DNA from: Paecilomyces variotii
Lineage: Eukaryota
Assembly: GCA_004022145.1 (NCBI GenBank)
Contig: RCNU01000007.1
Strand: one strand, 5' to 3'
DNA: 64,000 nucleotides
The notes beneath the pieces are model-generated. The model saw nothing but the letters and a program-made list of their open reading frames with translations, was not told the origin of the DNA and ran no database searches. Position 1 is the first letter of the stretch. Every line of letters starts with the position of its first letter. Shown here piece by piece: positions 49,650 to 62,238 of this stretch. The translations under genes and the position numbers were made by a program.

Positions 49650-52393
49650 ATGGGCAGCGACGACAAGTTCAACTATGAATCCCTTCCTATCCCGACATAT
49701 GAAGAAGCCACCTCTTCCCGACCGATCTCCTCCCAGTCGCATCGCGGTTCGACCGAGATAAGCAACGATGCAGAGAGACAGGGCCTCCTTCGCCGTGGCG
49801 ACTCCGCCGGCGATAGCTCGCGCTCCCATCCTGCTGGCTATCACCCGCCAACCGTCGAGTCCGCACGATCGAGTCTGGACTTTCTGGCCTCTGATGATGG
49901 GGAATCAACACGGGGTTCAATGGAGGAGCTGCAGAGGGAGATGCAAGAGATGGATGTCGAAGACCCGGCGCATCCAGGATCGTCCCGTTCACACCTAGGG
50001 CAGCGATTCTCGAAACGCTTCAATACTCTAACACGTACACTCTCTTCGATTCATCTTCCGCTACGAAAATACTTTCCAAAATTCAATTTTAGTTTTATTT
50101 CCAACCTCACTGATCGCTGGCGATCGCGCGGGGAATATCAAGTGTGCTTGATCATCTTGCGCCTGGTGGGTCTGATTATCGTCGTCACTATTGTATACCT
50201 TGTCGTTGCGACGGATCTCTTTTCGATAGGAGGAACTCGTCTCAGTATAGGCCAGTCTTATACACCGTCCTCGGTACAGAATTATGTCCAGGGTCATATC
50301 AACGAGACAAGCATCGCGGAGAAGTTCGAGCGGTTAACTAGGTTTCCCCATATGGCTGGTACGGAAGGAAGCTACGTGCTTGCAGAATGGATCGAGCAGG
50401 AATTCCGCAAGGCAGGCTTGGATGAAGTTGGAATGGAGGAGTTCCAGGTATACCTCAACTATCCGAAACCCACCGGACGAAGGGTAGCTATCGTTGACCC
50501 GCCTGAGTTGGCCTGGGAGGCCATTTTGGATGAGGAACAAGCCTATAAGGATCCCCCTCAACAGCAGACCTTAGTCTTCCATGGCCATTCGAAATCCGGT
50601 AACGTGACGGGACCGCTCGTCTACGCGAATTATGGATCCCGTGAAGACTTTAAACTCCTCGCAGACAAGGGCATCTCTCTTCAAGGTGCCATCGTATTAG
50701 TGCGCTATTACGGCACTCAGGGAGATCGAGCGCTTAAGATCAAAGCTGCAGAGATGGCGGGTGCAGCCGGATGTATCATATATTCGGATCCCGCTGAAGA
50801 TGGGTTCGTGTTGGGACCAACGTATCCCGACGGACGGTTTATGCCTGCAGATGGAGTTCAGAGAGGTGGCGTGAGCCTGATGTCCTGGGTTGTTGGAGAT
50901 GTTCTCACCCCCGGATTTGCTTCAACACCTGATGAGAAAAAGAGACTGTCTCCGGAAGAGAGCCCCGGTCTTAACCAGATTCCCAGCATTCCTATCGCCT
51001 GGCGCGATGCACAACGACTTCTCCAGGTGCTAAGGGGTCACGGCGAAAAGGTACCTAAGAAATGGGTGGGAGGGGTTCCCGATATCAGTGAATGGTGGAC
51101 GGGAGATTCTTCGTCGCCTAAGGTCAACCTTATGAATTTACAGGACGACATCGAGAGGCAGCCAATATACAACGTAATTGGTCGCATTATCGGCTTAGAG
51201 CAACCGGAGAAGAAGATTGTCGTCGGAAACCATCGCGATGCTTGGTGTTTCGGAGGCGTTGACCCGGGAAGTGGCACAGCCGTCTTCTTGGAGGTGGTGC
51301 GAGTGTTTGGTGAGCTTCTTGCTCTTGGGTGGCGTCCACTCCGCACAATCGAATTCGCAAGCTGGGACGGCGAAGAATACAACCTCATAGGCTCCACGGA
51401 GCATGTGGAAAACGAACTTGATGCACTTCGTAACAATGGGTATGCCTATCTCAATGTTGACGTTGCTGTGAGCGGCGGCGAATTTCGAGCGGCAGGCTCC
51501 CCTCTCTATGAACGCATTCTTCTGCAGATCCTGAATAGGTGCTCCGACCCCGTAGCAAACCAGACTTTGAAAGAAATCTGGCAGTCGAAGAATCAGAGAC
51601 TTAGCGGGCTGGGAGCAGGCAGTGACTACGTCGCCTTTCAAGACATTGCTGGGACTTCCAGCATCGATTTTGGCTTTGTTGGAGAACCGTATCCATACCA
51701 CAGTTGTTACGACAACTATGAATGGATGACACAGTTTGGTGATCCGGGTTTCCGTTATCACAAGTCCTTGGGTGAAATTTGGGGTTTACTCCTTCTGGAA
51801 CTGTCTGAAAATCCGATTCTACCATTTGACATGGAAGCGTATGCTGCCTATCTTTCCAGTTATGTTTCCGAACTGGACGAGTACGCCAAGTCTAAAATAG
51901 AATCGATGCAGTCGAGGGACGGGAGTTTGGGTGGCTCTAAACCAGCCTTGAACATGACGCCACTTTATGATGCTGCAACCAACTTCAAAGAGAACGCTGC
52001 ACGATTTCACGAATGGGATCAGCTCTGGCATGATACGGTATGGGGTGCTGGTGGGTTTGAAACCAATATTATGGCGATCAAGCGTATGAGCCATAACACT
52101 CGCATGGCGAATTTTGAGACCCATATTCTGGACTTGGACGAAGGCGGTGGTGTGAGTACTCTTGCGATATTTCTTGCTTAAAGAAGCCGACTCTAACAGT
52201 CATCTACTAGGTTCCCAATCGCACGCAATTCAAACATGTCATCTTCGGGCCTCAGGCCTGGTCTGGTTACGACGAGGCCTTCTTCCCAGCTATCCGGGAT
52301 GCAATTGATGCCGGCGACTGGGAAGAAACGCAAAAGTGGATCGATAAAATTGGTGATATTATTTCAAAGGCGAGTAGGAAACTGCTATATTAG
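49650..52393 (+). CDS. Glutamate carboxypeptidase II / transferrin-receptor-like M28 protein (Tre1/Tre2/Vps70 family), 2 exons
   Basis: N-terminal PY-like LPIPTYEEA, one TM helix, PA domain (LVYANYG), GNHRDAW, DPGSGTA, WDGEEY, GAGSDY, YHSCYD. Intron ~52152-52211, then a TfR dimerisation tail (QFKHVIFGP..WSGY). Confidence 0.92.
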
Positions 52394-52912
52394 TCCGGTA
52401 TTTATTTAATATCCCCTCCTCACCCATCCTCCCCATGGACAGTTTCATGCAGGTGTTTTTGACCTGTCATGGTCTAAAATCTAGCGTCCCCTACATCCTC
52501 TCCGTCTGTCCTCATTCTAGCATTGTTATTAGCTATTAGCAGTGATGCGCAGAAAGGCTCTGCCTCCTGCGGCGTACTGATGTACTTGTTATCCTGTTGC
52601 CTGTCCATAGAGGTCTCCTTGGCATTGCCAACGCGCGACGGCTTATATTTATTGCGCTGCAGTCTCTTTAGTCCCGTGTTCCACGGTATATATGCCTTTT
52701 CACTTGTTAGATTAGGTATATTGCCAAAGCATTATCGGCTTGTTATCTATGTGACTATTATCAGTTAATCTCTTGCTATGTCATCATCGACCGACTTTGT
52801 ACGGATGATCGTGAGGTCTGGTCACCGTAAACTTGTCTACTTTGGGTAGTCTATCAAGGAACATGTATAATATCTATACAGTTATCGATAACAATATACA
52901 AGAGATGCTATC

Positions 52913-54070
52913 CTACTCATCTTTCGGTTCGCCTTTAATCTCGAGAATTTCATGGTCTTCAAACTTCAACGCCTCGACACTACCTGAATAGCTGACCATC
53001 GAATGCAACTGCTCAAACGCACTTGGGAACACAGGCACTACAGGATCGAACGCTTTCGATGATTTCCCACCCGAACCCTTCGCTTGACCGGACACTGGAG
53101 CGATAGAAGACGAGGCTGACACCAAATCCGACAGTCTCACCGTGCGCTGAATGGGCATCTTCCGCAACGGCAGCGCGACAAAATGCCACTTCACAGAACA
53201 GTACCAGCGGAAGGGAGACATCTCCATGCGACACGGCGACGATGTCCTCACATGAATCAGCATGACGGGATCAACGCCCCATTCATCACAGATATACGGA
53301 CTGACGTCGCAATCGACAAAGGTAAGACCCGTATTAGCACTCTGGTACTGCCTCTGCGTATGATAGAGTTCCAGCAATCGATCAAAGCCATTATTGAACG
53401 AGTGGCAGATCTCCGGTGAATCGACACAACTCGGTCCCGGAAGAGAAATTATAAACCCAAATACTCTGCGGAGAGTCTCGGTGTTTAGAATGAGGTTCCT
53501 CACTCCTTCGAGAATCCAGTTCCACGAGAACAATTTCACTCTGCCATAGTCGTAGCCATCATCCCCATCGTCGTCATCATCATCATAAATTGATTTCTGC
53601 CGCTGAGGCGCGGCATTTTCCTTGCTTTTCGCAACCACAGTTCGAGTCTCACCCTTCGGTGACCCGCCGACATAGATCCAGAACTCCTGCGCTGGATACT
53701 CCGCCGTCCAGTCATCATGAAACTCCATCTGCCGCAACCAATTCATGCTGGATAGCTGTGTGATATCCTTAATCAAGGGAACGACAGACCGCTCATTCCA
53801 CGAATCCGATTGGCGAAAAAGCGGATCATCCCGCAACTCTGGAGGGAGATGTTTCCATTCTCTGTAACTTTCAAGCGTACGAAAGTATTCCGCATCGTGG
53901 TGTAGGGAAATATGCGCGGGGAGAAGTACGAATAGAACTAATACCAGGAATAGAGGGATAATGGCGACGACGAGGCAGATCGAGATCCTCTTGCAAGATG
54001 GGATGGGAAGCCATCTGCGCCGTCGTCGAAGGGCTTGTTGAGGTAATGGTCCTGGGGCCATTGCTGGCAT
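52913..54070 (-). CDS. Hypothetical single-pass membrane protein, possible degenerate thioredoxin-like luminal domain
   Basis: 385-aa ORF: RRRRR, then a hydrophobic segment, then Cys pairs CVDSPEIC and VDCDVSPYICDEW. Confidence 0.65.
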   Translation of the reverse strand: MPAMAPGPLPQQALRRRRRWLPIPSCKRISICLVVAIIPLFLVLVLFVLLPAHISLHHDAEYFRTLESYREWKHLPPELRDDPLFRQSDSWNERSVVPLIKDITQLSSMNWLRQMEFHDDWTAEYPAQEFWIYVGGSPKGETRTVVAKSKENAAPQRQKSIYDDDDDDGDDGYDYGRVKLFSWNWILEGVRNLILNTETLRRVFGFIISLPGPSCVDSPEICHSFNNGFDRLLELYHTQRQYQSANTGLTFVDCDVSPYICDEWGVDPVMLIHVRTSSPCRMEMSPFRWYCSVKWHFVALPLRKMPIQRTVRLSDLVSASSSIAPVSGQAKGSGGKSSKAFDPVVPVFPSAFEQLHSMVSYSGSVEALKFEDHEILEIKGEPKDE

Positions 54071-54700
54071 TGGGTGATCTTGATCCTTTGGAACAAAAGG
54101 AGAGAAGACGAAAAAGTTCGAAGGTGATACCGCTCCTACGATATCATATTTCCCCCAATGTTAATGCCCCGTACAGATCCGGTATTATGAATAGATCGCG
54201 AATAATCTCAAAATAATCCTTATGACGGGGATAAGACAAGGCCCACCTTTAGTAGATAAAAAAACAGTTGGGGCAAAAACTCGACCTCGGGGAAGACCGA
54301 TTGGAAGTTCGAGTCTAGATGCACTACTTAGTTAGCCGACTCGCTAAGTATCTAGTCTAGCCGGCATTAATCTTGTAGCCTCCGTCTTTGTGATTAAATA
54401 TAGATTTGGTGGCTTCCGAGTTGTCGGATAGAATGAGCTTTGCTAGCAAATTTCTGGAAACTAGCTTTTGCCAACGTAGAATTTGCTACAATTATATTTG
54501 TATCACTTGTAGCGAAGACTCGACAGAGAGAGACGTTTTGAGGCGATGTATTTTATCTTAGCATCTAGTATAAGCGTTATGCAGTGGCAAGTTCATTTGC
54601 TGATACGACAATGTTTGCTGCTGACAAAAGTAGGAACACGGAACATCGCCAGCTCAATCCACTATACATGTTCATGTAAAGTTTGCTCACCACTGTACGT

Positions 54701-55895
54701 CTAGCTCCTGTCCACAGTCGGATCCCAGGTAGTTGGCGAGTACTCATTCGTGTGAAGGGCCTTCATGTCGTCCACTGTGAGCTGGAAGTCGAAAATGTTG
54801 GCGTTCTCCTCGATTCTGGAAGGGGTGACAGATTTCGGAAGGGGAACAAAACCCTATTGGCAGGACTTAGCATATAGTAAACCATAATGCACCATGACGA
54901 GGGTAGCATACCTTCTGCAGACTCCAGCGGAGGAGGATTTGACCGGGCGTCTTGTTGTATTTCTTGCTTAGCTCCAGTAGAACTGGTTCCTCCAGACGCT
55001 GTGCTCGGGTTAAAGGACTGTACGCTTCCACGACAACGTTCCGTTTCTGGAGCCAGCTGACAATGTCGGGTCTAGGAAGCCAGGGATGAAGTTCATATTG
55101 TCCGACATCGATCTTGCCTCCTGCGCCACTGTTGATGTACTCCTCAAGTTCATCTAGATGGTGAACGCCATAGTTGGACACTCCGATCGAGCGCGTTTTG
55201 CCTTCTTTCTGGGCCTCGACAAGGGCTCGCCAAGTACCCTGGCGGGCTTCCTTCCCACCGTATGGTGCATGGATGAGAATTCTTTCACCTTATAAGTGAT
55301 CATGTCGTCACGTTGAAATACACGAAAGCAAGCTTACAGGTCAAAGTAATCAACATCAGCCTCCTTGAGACTGGCATCGATCGACGCTTTTGCCTTTTCA
55401 TATCCCATCTGTTGCCTTGATATCTTCGTAGTAAAGAAAATCTCCGAGCGATGAAGTCCTGAATCCTTGATCGCTTGACCGCATGGCTTCTCGTTACGGT
55501 ACGCTTGGGCAGAGTCCACCTATCAAGGCTCAGGGAGTCAGACCAAGTTAAGAGTAGAACTATATATTCAATTGAAAAGTGGGGGGACTTAAACATACGT
55601 GACGATAACCAATTTTGAAGGCCTTCTTGGTCACTTCCTCCGTTATGTCGGCAGGGCTTGTTTCATGTTAGATTTCTGTTCTATCAGCATCCACGGAGGA
55701 TACGTACGTTTGGTAAACCTAGAAAATCGCTGTCGTATCAGCATTGTCCTGATGCATTCCGGAGGATTCATCGTATAAAACATGCATGATCAACGCGAAG
55801 GGAGAAGAAGAAGGACTTACACCATATCCTAGTACCGGGATCTCATATCCCGAATTGAGCTTGTACTTAGTTTGAATATCGAGAGAAGACGCCAT
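54701..55895 (-). CDS. Aldo-keto reductase, 6 exons including an 11-nt micro-exon
   Basis: LNSGYEIPVLGYG-VYQT-P..GYRH-VDSAQAYRNE, FFTTK, DLILIH, SIGVSNYG, QYELHPW, AYSPL, QILLRWSLQK-GFVPLPKS. Confidence 0.92.
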
Positions 55896-56859
55896 GACTG
55901 CTTTGAAGTTATGATTCCGGGTGTATGGAAAGGCTGGAACACGGTAGATGGCGGATGGTAGATGGGCGGATGATGGACGAACTCCTGATGATATCATAAA
56001 AAACGACAGTGGAGAACACTTGGCCGTGAACGAACCACAATCGTCACAATTCGTCGAAACAAGCAATTCAAATAATTTTAGAGATGGCCTGATATATTTC
56101 ATACGTTTCCACAGCTTTATGGAGAAATAAAGGAGACAACCTCTTCATATATTCACAAAAGCGATGCTGTTATGTTCGGCTCCTTCGGACCCGCGATTGC
56201 GGGGCACGTACAGTTGCAAGCCCCGCAGCAGCTGTACTACAGATGGAGAAATAATAAAATAATAATATCGGGGGAACGTGATTTCATTCTTCGTCTCGAG
56301 CTGAGTCTTTCTACGGAGTGACTAGGTAGTATGAAAAGTAGAATTAATAACTAGGAAATCCTCGCAGGAGTCGATATGTTCAAGGATCATCCATGACAGT
56401 GAGATCTAACCGTGGCTGGTGCCTGGATATGGCCCAGCAAACTCTCTCATGGCCATTAGCTTCTAACTATTCTATATATTAATTATCCCCCTCGAAGTAA
56501 ATCCAGTCCGCAGAAAATCGGCACAGATAGGCTACTCAATTCGATATGATCGAGTAGACTCCCCAAACAGATGCCTTGTTCTATCCTAATCCCATGTGGG
56601 ATCTCAGTTGGGATTTTAATTAAGTGGGAGCTTTCAGTAGGCGCAGGTGATCTATCATATCATCCATTGGCAGCAGATTCTTTGATTACTTGATTATGCT
56701 AATCATAGGATAGTTAGATCATACCGGATCTGGATTCTTTGTATGCTCAAGAGATAAATACGGGATTAACCTCCCCACGGACTTAGAGGAGATCCAAGGA
56801 CACCTCCAGGCCTTTCAAAATTCAATACTGTTTTCACACTTAGTCTCGTTATACTTGAT

Positions 56860-57074
56860 ATTGTTCTATTTGGACTACAATGTGACCCAGTCCGCAGAGA
56901 ATAGACAATCCGAATTCCACTAAATCCTCCCTTAGGATTGTTCTCCTTCACTCACACATTGTTCTCCCCACGACCCCACTGCCTAAAGCGGAAAGTGTAT
57001 AGGCTACATGAGATATACTCTTCTTCTGGACAAGTATTATGCTTCCATGAATACGAAGCATTTTATATTGTTCT
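56860..57074 (+). promoter_or_regulatory. Four ATTGTTCT repeats (HMG-box-like sites) upstream of the pheromone receptor
   Basis: Copies at 56860, 56937, 56958 and 57067, all in the same orientation. Confidence 0.55.
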
Positions 57075-57269
57075 TGTATATCTACCACACCTCGTGTAAC
57101 CTTCTTCTCGTACTTATAGATATGTCTGTCCTACATCACTTTCCTAGACCTCTTCTCTGACCGTTATCATCTCTACCAAGTAGCTACTCAATATTTGCTT
57201 CAAAGCTTCAACTGAAGACTCTAAACGCATCATCTCATCGTTCTCGATATCCATCGTTTGAATCAACTC

Positions 57270-58433
57270 ATGGCGTGCATCAACGGAACCATGCAGAAAC
57301 CTTTCGACCCCTTCACGCAGAGCCTGACTTTCCATCTGGCGGACGGATCTCCTCTCAATGTTTCCGTCGGAGAAATGGACGACTTCGTTCAGTATGGCAT
57401 CAAGATCTGCATCGTGTACAGCTCTCAGCTTGGTGCATCTTTGGCCCTGCTTGTCCTCTTACTTCTCCTGACCAAGAGCGACAAGCGACTATCTCCGGTC
57501 TTCTTGCTCAACAGCTCTGCTCTGATCTTGAATGCATGCCGCTTGATCTGCGATTGCGTCTATTTCACGACAGAGTTCTCCAAGGTCTATCCTTACTTCT
57601 CTGGCGACTACTCCCGAGTCCCAGCCAGCGCTTATGCCAACTCCATTCTGGCCGTTGTCTTCGAAGTGATGCTGCTGGTTGCCATTGAGTGTTCTCTCAT
57701 CCTGCAGACCCAAGTTATCTGCGTCACGCTTCGTCAGATTCACAAGAACATACTGCTGGGTATCTCGGTGATTGTCGCTCTGCTTGCGATAGGGTTCCGC
57801 CTGGGTCTGGCTGTTGAGAACTCGATTGCTATTGTGCAAGCGGCCAACTTCGATGCTGTCTGGTTAGAAAGCGCCACCAATATCACCACAATTATTAGCA
57901 TCTGCTTCTTCAGCTTTGTTTTCATCTTCAAGCTGGGGCATGCCATTCAGAAACGCAAGAAGATGGGAATCAAACGCTTCGGCGCGATGCAGGTGATCTT
58001 TATCATGAGCTGCCAGACATTGATTGTTCCATGTATGTCATTTGTACCTATGCGATGATAAAGCGTACTAACTCACGATGCAGCCATCTTTGCAATCCTG
58101 CAGTACTGCGTCAACGTCCCTGAAATGGACTCCTTCGTTCTCACTCTCGTTGCGATTTCACTTCCTCTGACCTCTCTGTGGGCGACGTCTTTGATTGGAG
58201 GTGGTAGCCAGCCATCCAGCGGGTCGACTGGACGCCACAGACTTTGGAAGCCGATTTCTTTCGGAAGCTCAGAGAAGAGCAGACAGTCGTCGACGTCGGG
58301 TCCCGCCAATTCGACCTCCGGGGCTAGCTCGAGCCCGACGGCGGCGCATATGCATGCTCTTCACTCTGATCTGGAGGCGGGTAATGCGCTTGGTGTGAAA
58401 CACGATGTGACTGTTGCTTCTGGAACGGTGTAG
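57270..58433 (+). CDS. STE2: Alpha-factor-type pheromone receptor (class D GPCR, Ste2/PreB), 2 exons
   Basis: FDPFTQ N-terminus, SQLGAS, seven hydrophobic segments, FGAMQVIFIMSCQTLIVP-SIFAILQY and LVAISLPLTSLWA. Intron ~58032-58083. Confidence 0.95.
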
Positions 58434-58803
58434 AGAAGCTAATGAGGACGAAGGGCGAGCTCGGAGGTGGTGAAGAGGCGTGTTTTTATTTCTTTTATCG
58501 GGTCTGCCACTCAACCACGTAATGTTCATGAATTAGGATCTATTTGAAAGAGCATCAAGAGAGGTAAAATTCAATAACAAATATCGTTAAGAAGTCGCAT
58601 TGCGACCGAGGCATCGAATAATCCTCCAAATACTTATAGCATGTTGATGCTCCTAAGTAGGTAGTAAGTAGAGTAGGTATCCAGCTGTGGCCAGCCAAGA
58701 ACCCACTGCGGGGAGTCTAGGCATGCGGAGTTCCAACAACGACAAGCACGCGAGCTCCGACTCCAACCACCATGAGTCGATACCTCGCAACGGCACTCTC
58801 ACC

Positions 58804-60782
58804 ATGGCTACTGTGCCACAGAGCACGCTGAGCTGGCTCTACGGCGTGTTGACCAAGGTAAGGCCCCCGATGCTGCAGTGTAGCCTACAACTACCTTGCG
58901 CTAACAACGTCCTCGCAGGATCACTACGATCCCAACCAGACCTACCGCGATGCGAACCGGACATACTACGATGTCGCCGCAGCTCTTGCACAGTATCCTT
59001 CGCTGGGCCCGCGGACGGATGTTTACAGTCAGTTCTTCCCTCTACTCGAGTTACAAGACATCGTAGTCTTGCCCCGCTCTACTGCTGATCGGATCCTGAC
59101 GACTTGATAGCATTCGAGAATGGCATCTCCGCCCTTCTCCTCCACCTCGTGGGAACATTGCCAGTGAACTTTCGCGGTGCTATATACAAGTTTCCCATTG
59201 AGCTATGGATTCCTACGGCCTATCCTATGGAACCACCGATGGTCTACGTGACGCCTACGCAGGACATGGTCATCCGCGTCGGACAGCATGTCACACTCGA
59301 GGGGAGAGTATATCATCATTATCTGGCGCATTGGGCTGAGGCATGGGATGTGAGTATTCCTGACGCGGAAACAATTAGAGAACATATGAGCAATTACCCA
59401 CTTCGTGGCATTGCGATGGCCCATCAGAACAAGACACTGACTATCGGTTTGAGCAGAGATCCTCCATTGTCGACTTTCTGACCATTCTCCGAGAGGTGTT
59501 CGCAAAAGAACCACCGGTAAAATATAAACAGCAGCAGGCTCCCGCTCCACCTCCGCTGCCTCCCCTTCCGCGGGAACTCAACCCATCGCCAAGCCCAGTT
59601 GCGCCAGCACCGTCGAACCCCCAAGCTCCTCCTCAGCTCCCTCCTAAGCCGGGTCGAACACAGACACCGGAGCAAAGGCAGCCTGGACCAGACAGATATA
59701 AGTCGCCGCCTCCGCTTCCACCGCTTCCTCCCAAAGAGACGGCCGATTCGAGGAGGTTATCCTTCCAATATCAGAATGGACCGAACAATACAGCGCCGAA
59801 CAGACCACTCCACTACTCGCCGCAGCGTTCGAGCAGCTTACGCAACGCAGCCGTACCTCCCCAGCGGTTTGCAGACGAGAGGGCTACTCCTGGTAGTCCC
59901 CTACCTCCTACTACGGCATACGCGCACCAGCAACCTCCTGTAGGTCCACTGCCTCAGGGGTATTCGCAGCCCTCACAGCCTACCTACCAACAATACCAGC
60001 CGGCTTATCGACCTCCGCAAGTACCCCCCCACCAAGTTCAGCAACAATACTATCCTCCGCCACAAGCCCCTCTAAATCAACCGGCACCAGCTCCGGCACC
60101 AGCTCCGGCACCAGCTCCGGCACCAGCTCCCAAACCTCAGACCCCGGATCTCCTTACATCGCCTTTCGAATTAGAACTACCGTCGATGGCACCCTCGGGT
60201 CCTGCGCCACCGATCCCACCGAATCCAGAGAAGGACGCACTGTTGCACGCGGTCTCCAAGACACTCACCGAGACTCTTCAATCCAACGTGGGCCAGTCGA
60301 AGTCTGCAGTGCAGCCTCTCCTATCCCAATCCAAAGCATTGCAAGGGGCTATCGCCACCCTGCAAGGCGAGATCGCTGCGTTGAATAACTTTAATGCGAC
60401 GCTTCAGTCCAACACCTCTATCCTCCAGCAGTCCCTTCACCGTGCAGACGCCGTGATCGCAGATGCGCAGGCCCGTATCTCCTCACCGGCACCACCAGGG
60501 ACGGAAGGACCGTCCAATGCGAGCGGTGATAGCAGAAGAGGGCTCCCGCCTATCGATGATGTCCTCGTCGCACCTACGGTTGTTGGCAAGCAACTGTACG
60601 ACCTCGTGGCAGATGAGAGCGGCATTCAGCAGGCCATCTACGCTTTGCAGTCTGCTCTTGTTAAAGGCATCATTGGTGTAGATACATGGTCGCGACACAC
60701 GAGAGGTCTAGCAAGAGAAGCGTTCCTTAAACGGGCTCTGATTCGAAAGATTGGAAAAGGCATGGGCCTTGAGGGAGGCTGA
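58804..60782 (+). CDS. VPS23: ESCRT-I subunit Vps23/TSG101, 4 exons
   Basis: UEV domain (GTLPVNFRGAIYKFPIELWIPTAYPMEPPMVYV), Pro-rich linker, coiled coil, steadiness box (QLYDLVADE..I..A...L...TRGLAREAFL). Confidence 0.95.
60081..60128 (+). repeat. Coding minisatellite (CCGGCACCAGCT)x4 encoding a PAPA repeat in Vps23
   Basis: Four perfect 12-bp units. Confidence 0.9.
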
Positions 60783-62238
60783 TGCGTTTCAGGTATACAA
60801 TGATCATCCGTGCAGAAGGATATACTGAAGAATGATGAGCGACGACTAAGCAGTATAGAGACGCATCTCCTGCTCATAGATACCCACGAATCTGTCAGTG
60901 ATTCAACTTTTCTTAGGCCCGCTTTGCAAGATATCAATATCAGGTCATATATCGTGGGCATCTATGAATGCGCCCATGCTCACTAGTAAGATGTTGTCAT
61001 CCGTCGGCCAATTGGTGGCGTCTATCATGTGGTACCGTTAGGCGTCTTCCAGCCTCACAAACACCAAAGCGGCTAGAGATTGGAACGAACGAAGGAACCT
61101 GAAACCAAGTTAGCCGAGACTGTTATCAGAGCCTCTCGCACCGAGGTTCATCAGGCGAGACGATCTATGTGGTCATGTTGTATTTGATCTGCCAATCACA
61201 TGCACGTCGGTATGCTGTATATTCATGGTTGTCATGATAGATATCTCGATAAGTTTGGGATTATAGTGGCAGAAGTAAAATAAAAAGTCTCATGGACTGA
61301 GCCTAGCTGTTGTAATAAAGTGTATACTGTATGCTGAAGAGATGTTGTGGTGTTTAGACACAAGTTGATCCGGTGTAATAATTGGCGACCGATAAAAGAT
61401 AACGGCATTTTTATCTTACATCGGCCATCAGCCTTATCAGGCATCCATACTCTCCACCGAAAAAAAAAAGATGATCGACAAGTTCTCCATATCACGAGTA
61501 CACAAGAAAGGAAAAACAATAATAAATCGGGGATATTCGGAAGCCCAATGTCCCAAATGTTCCTTTTTCTTTGCTGGTCATACTCCTATCGGCGACTAGA
61601 CACCGACAGTTTCCCGTTGAGTTCCGAGCCGGCACCGACGGCGGACAGTGGCGAGCAAGTTTAGTGAAATCAGTCGGACATCATCCAGTCTAGACATTCC
61701 ATAGGGCTTCGTGAAGCAGAAAAAAATGGCGTTTGCTAGCTTGATTTTGCGAGGCATGTCCGATGGTGGATCGGGCATTGCAGGTATCTATGACAGTCCT
61801 GCAGGAGGCCATACGGGCTGTCCGTCTCCACCAGCTCTATCGCGTGCCCCATACGGTACCTAGAAACAAAAGAAATGCTTTATATAGACTGTGGTCTCCC
61901 AGGGCACATATTGTAGATTCTACGTTCTCCACCTGTTGCGACCGGTTGTGCTGCTGTCTTTCTCGTTCCCTTTTCCCTGTCCTCAAGCAGCCTGTGGGCG
62001 CGCTGAGTTGACGTCGGTCAACATTCTGCGTTGTGTTCCCGACTGGTTTCAGGTCATCTGCTGTTGTGATACCCTCCTAAAAATACAACGCGCTGCATTC
62101 TTGGGGTAGATTTATTTTTATCCATGATAAAGTGGCGCTACCACTGGGGATTAAAAAAAAGGCAGAGCGCACACTTCCCCCCAGACGAAATTAAGTCCGC
62201 GAACATAAACGATTTGAAGAGCGGAAAAACTCGCTGAA

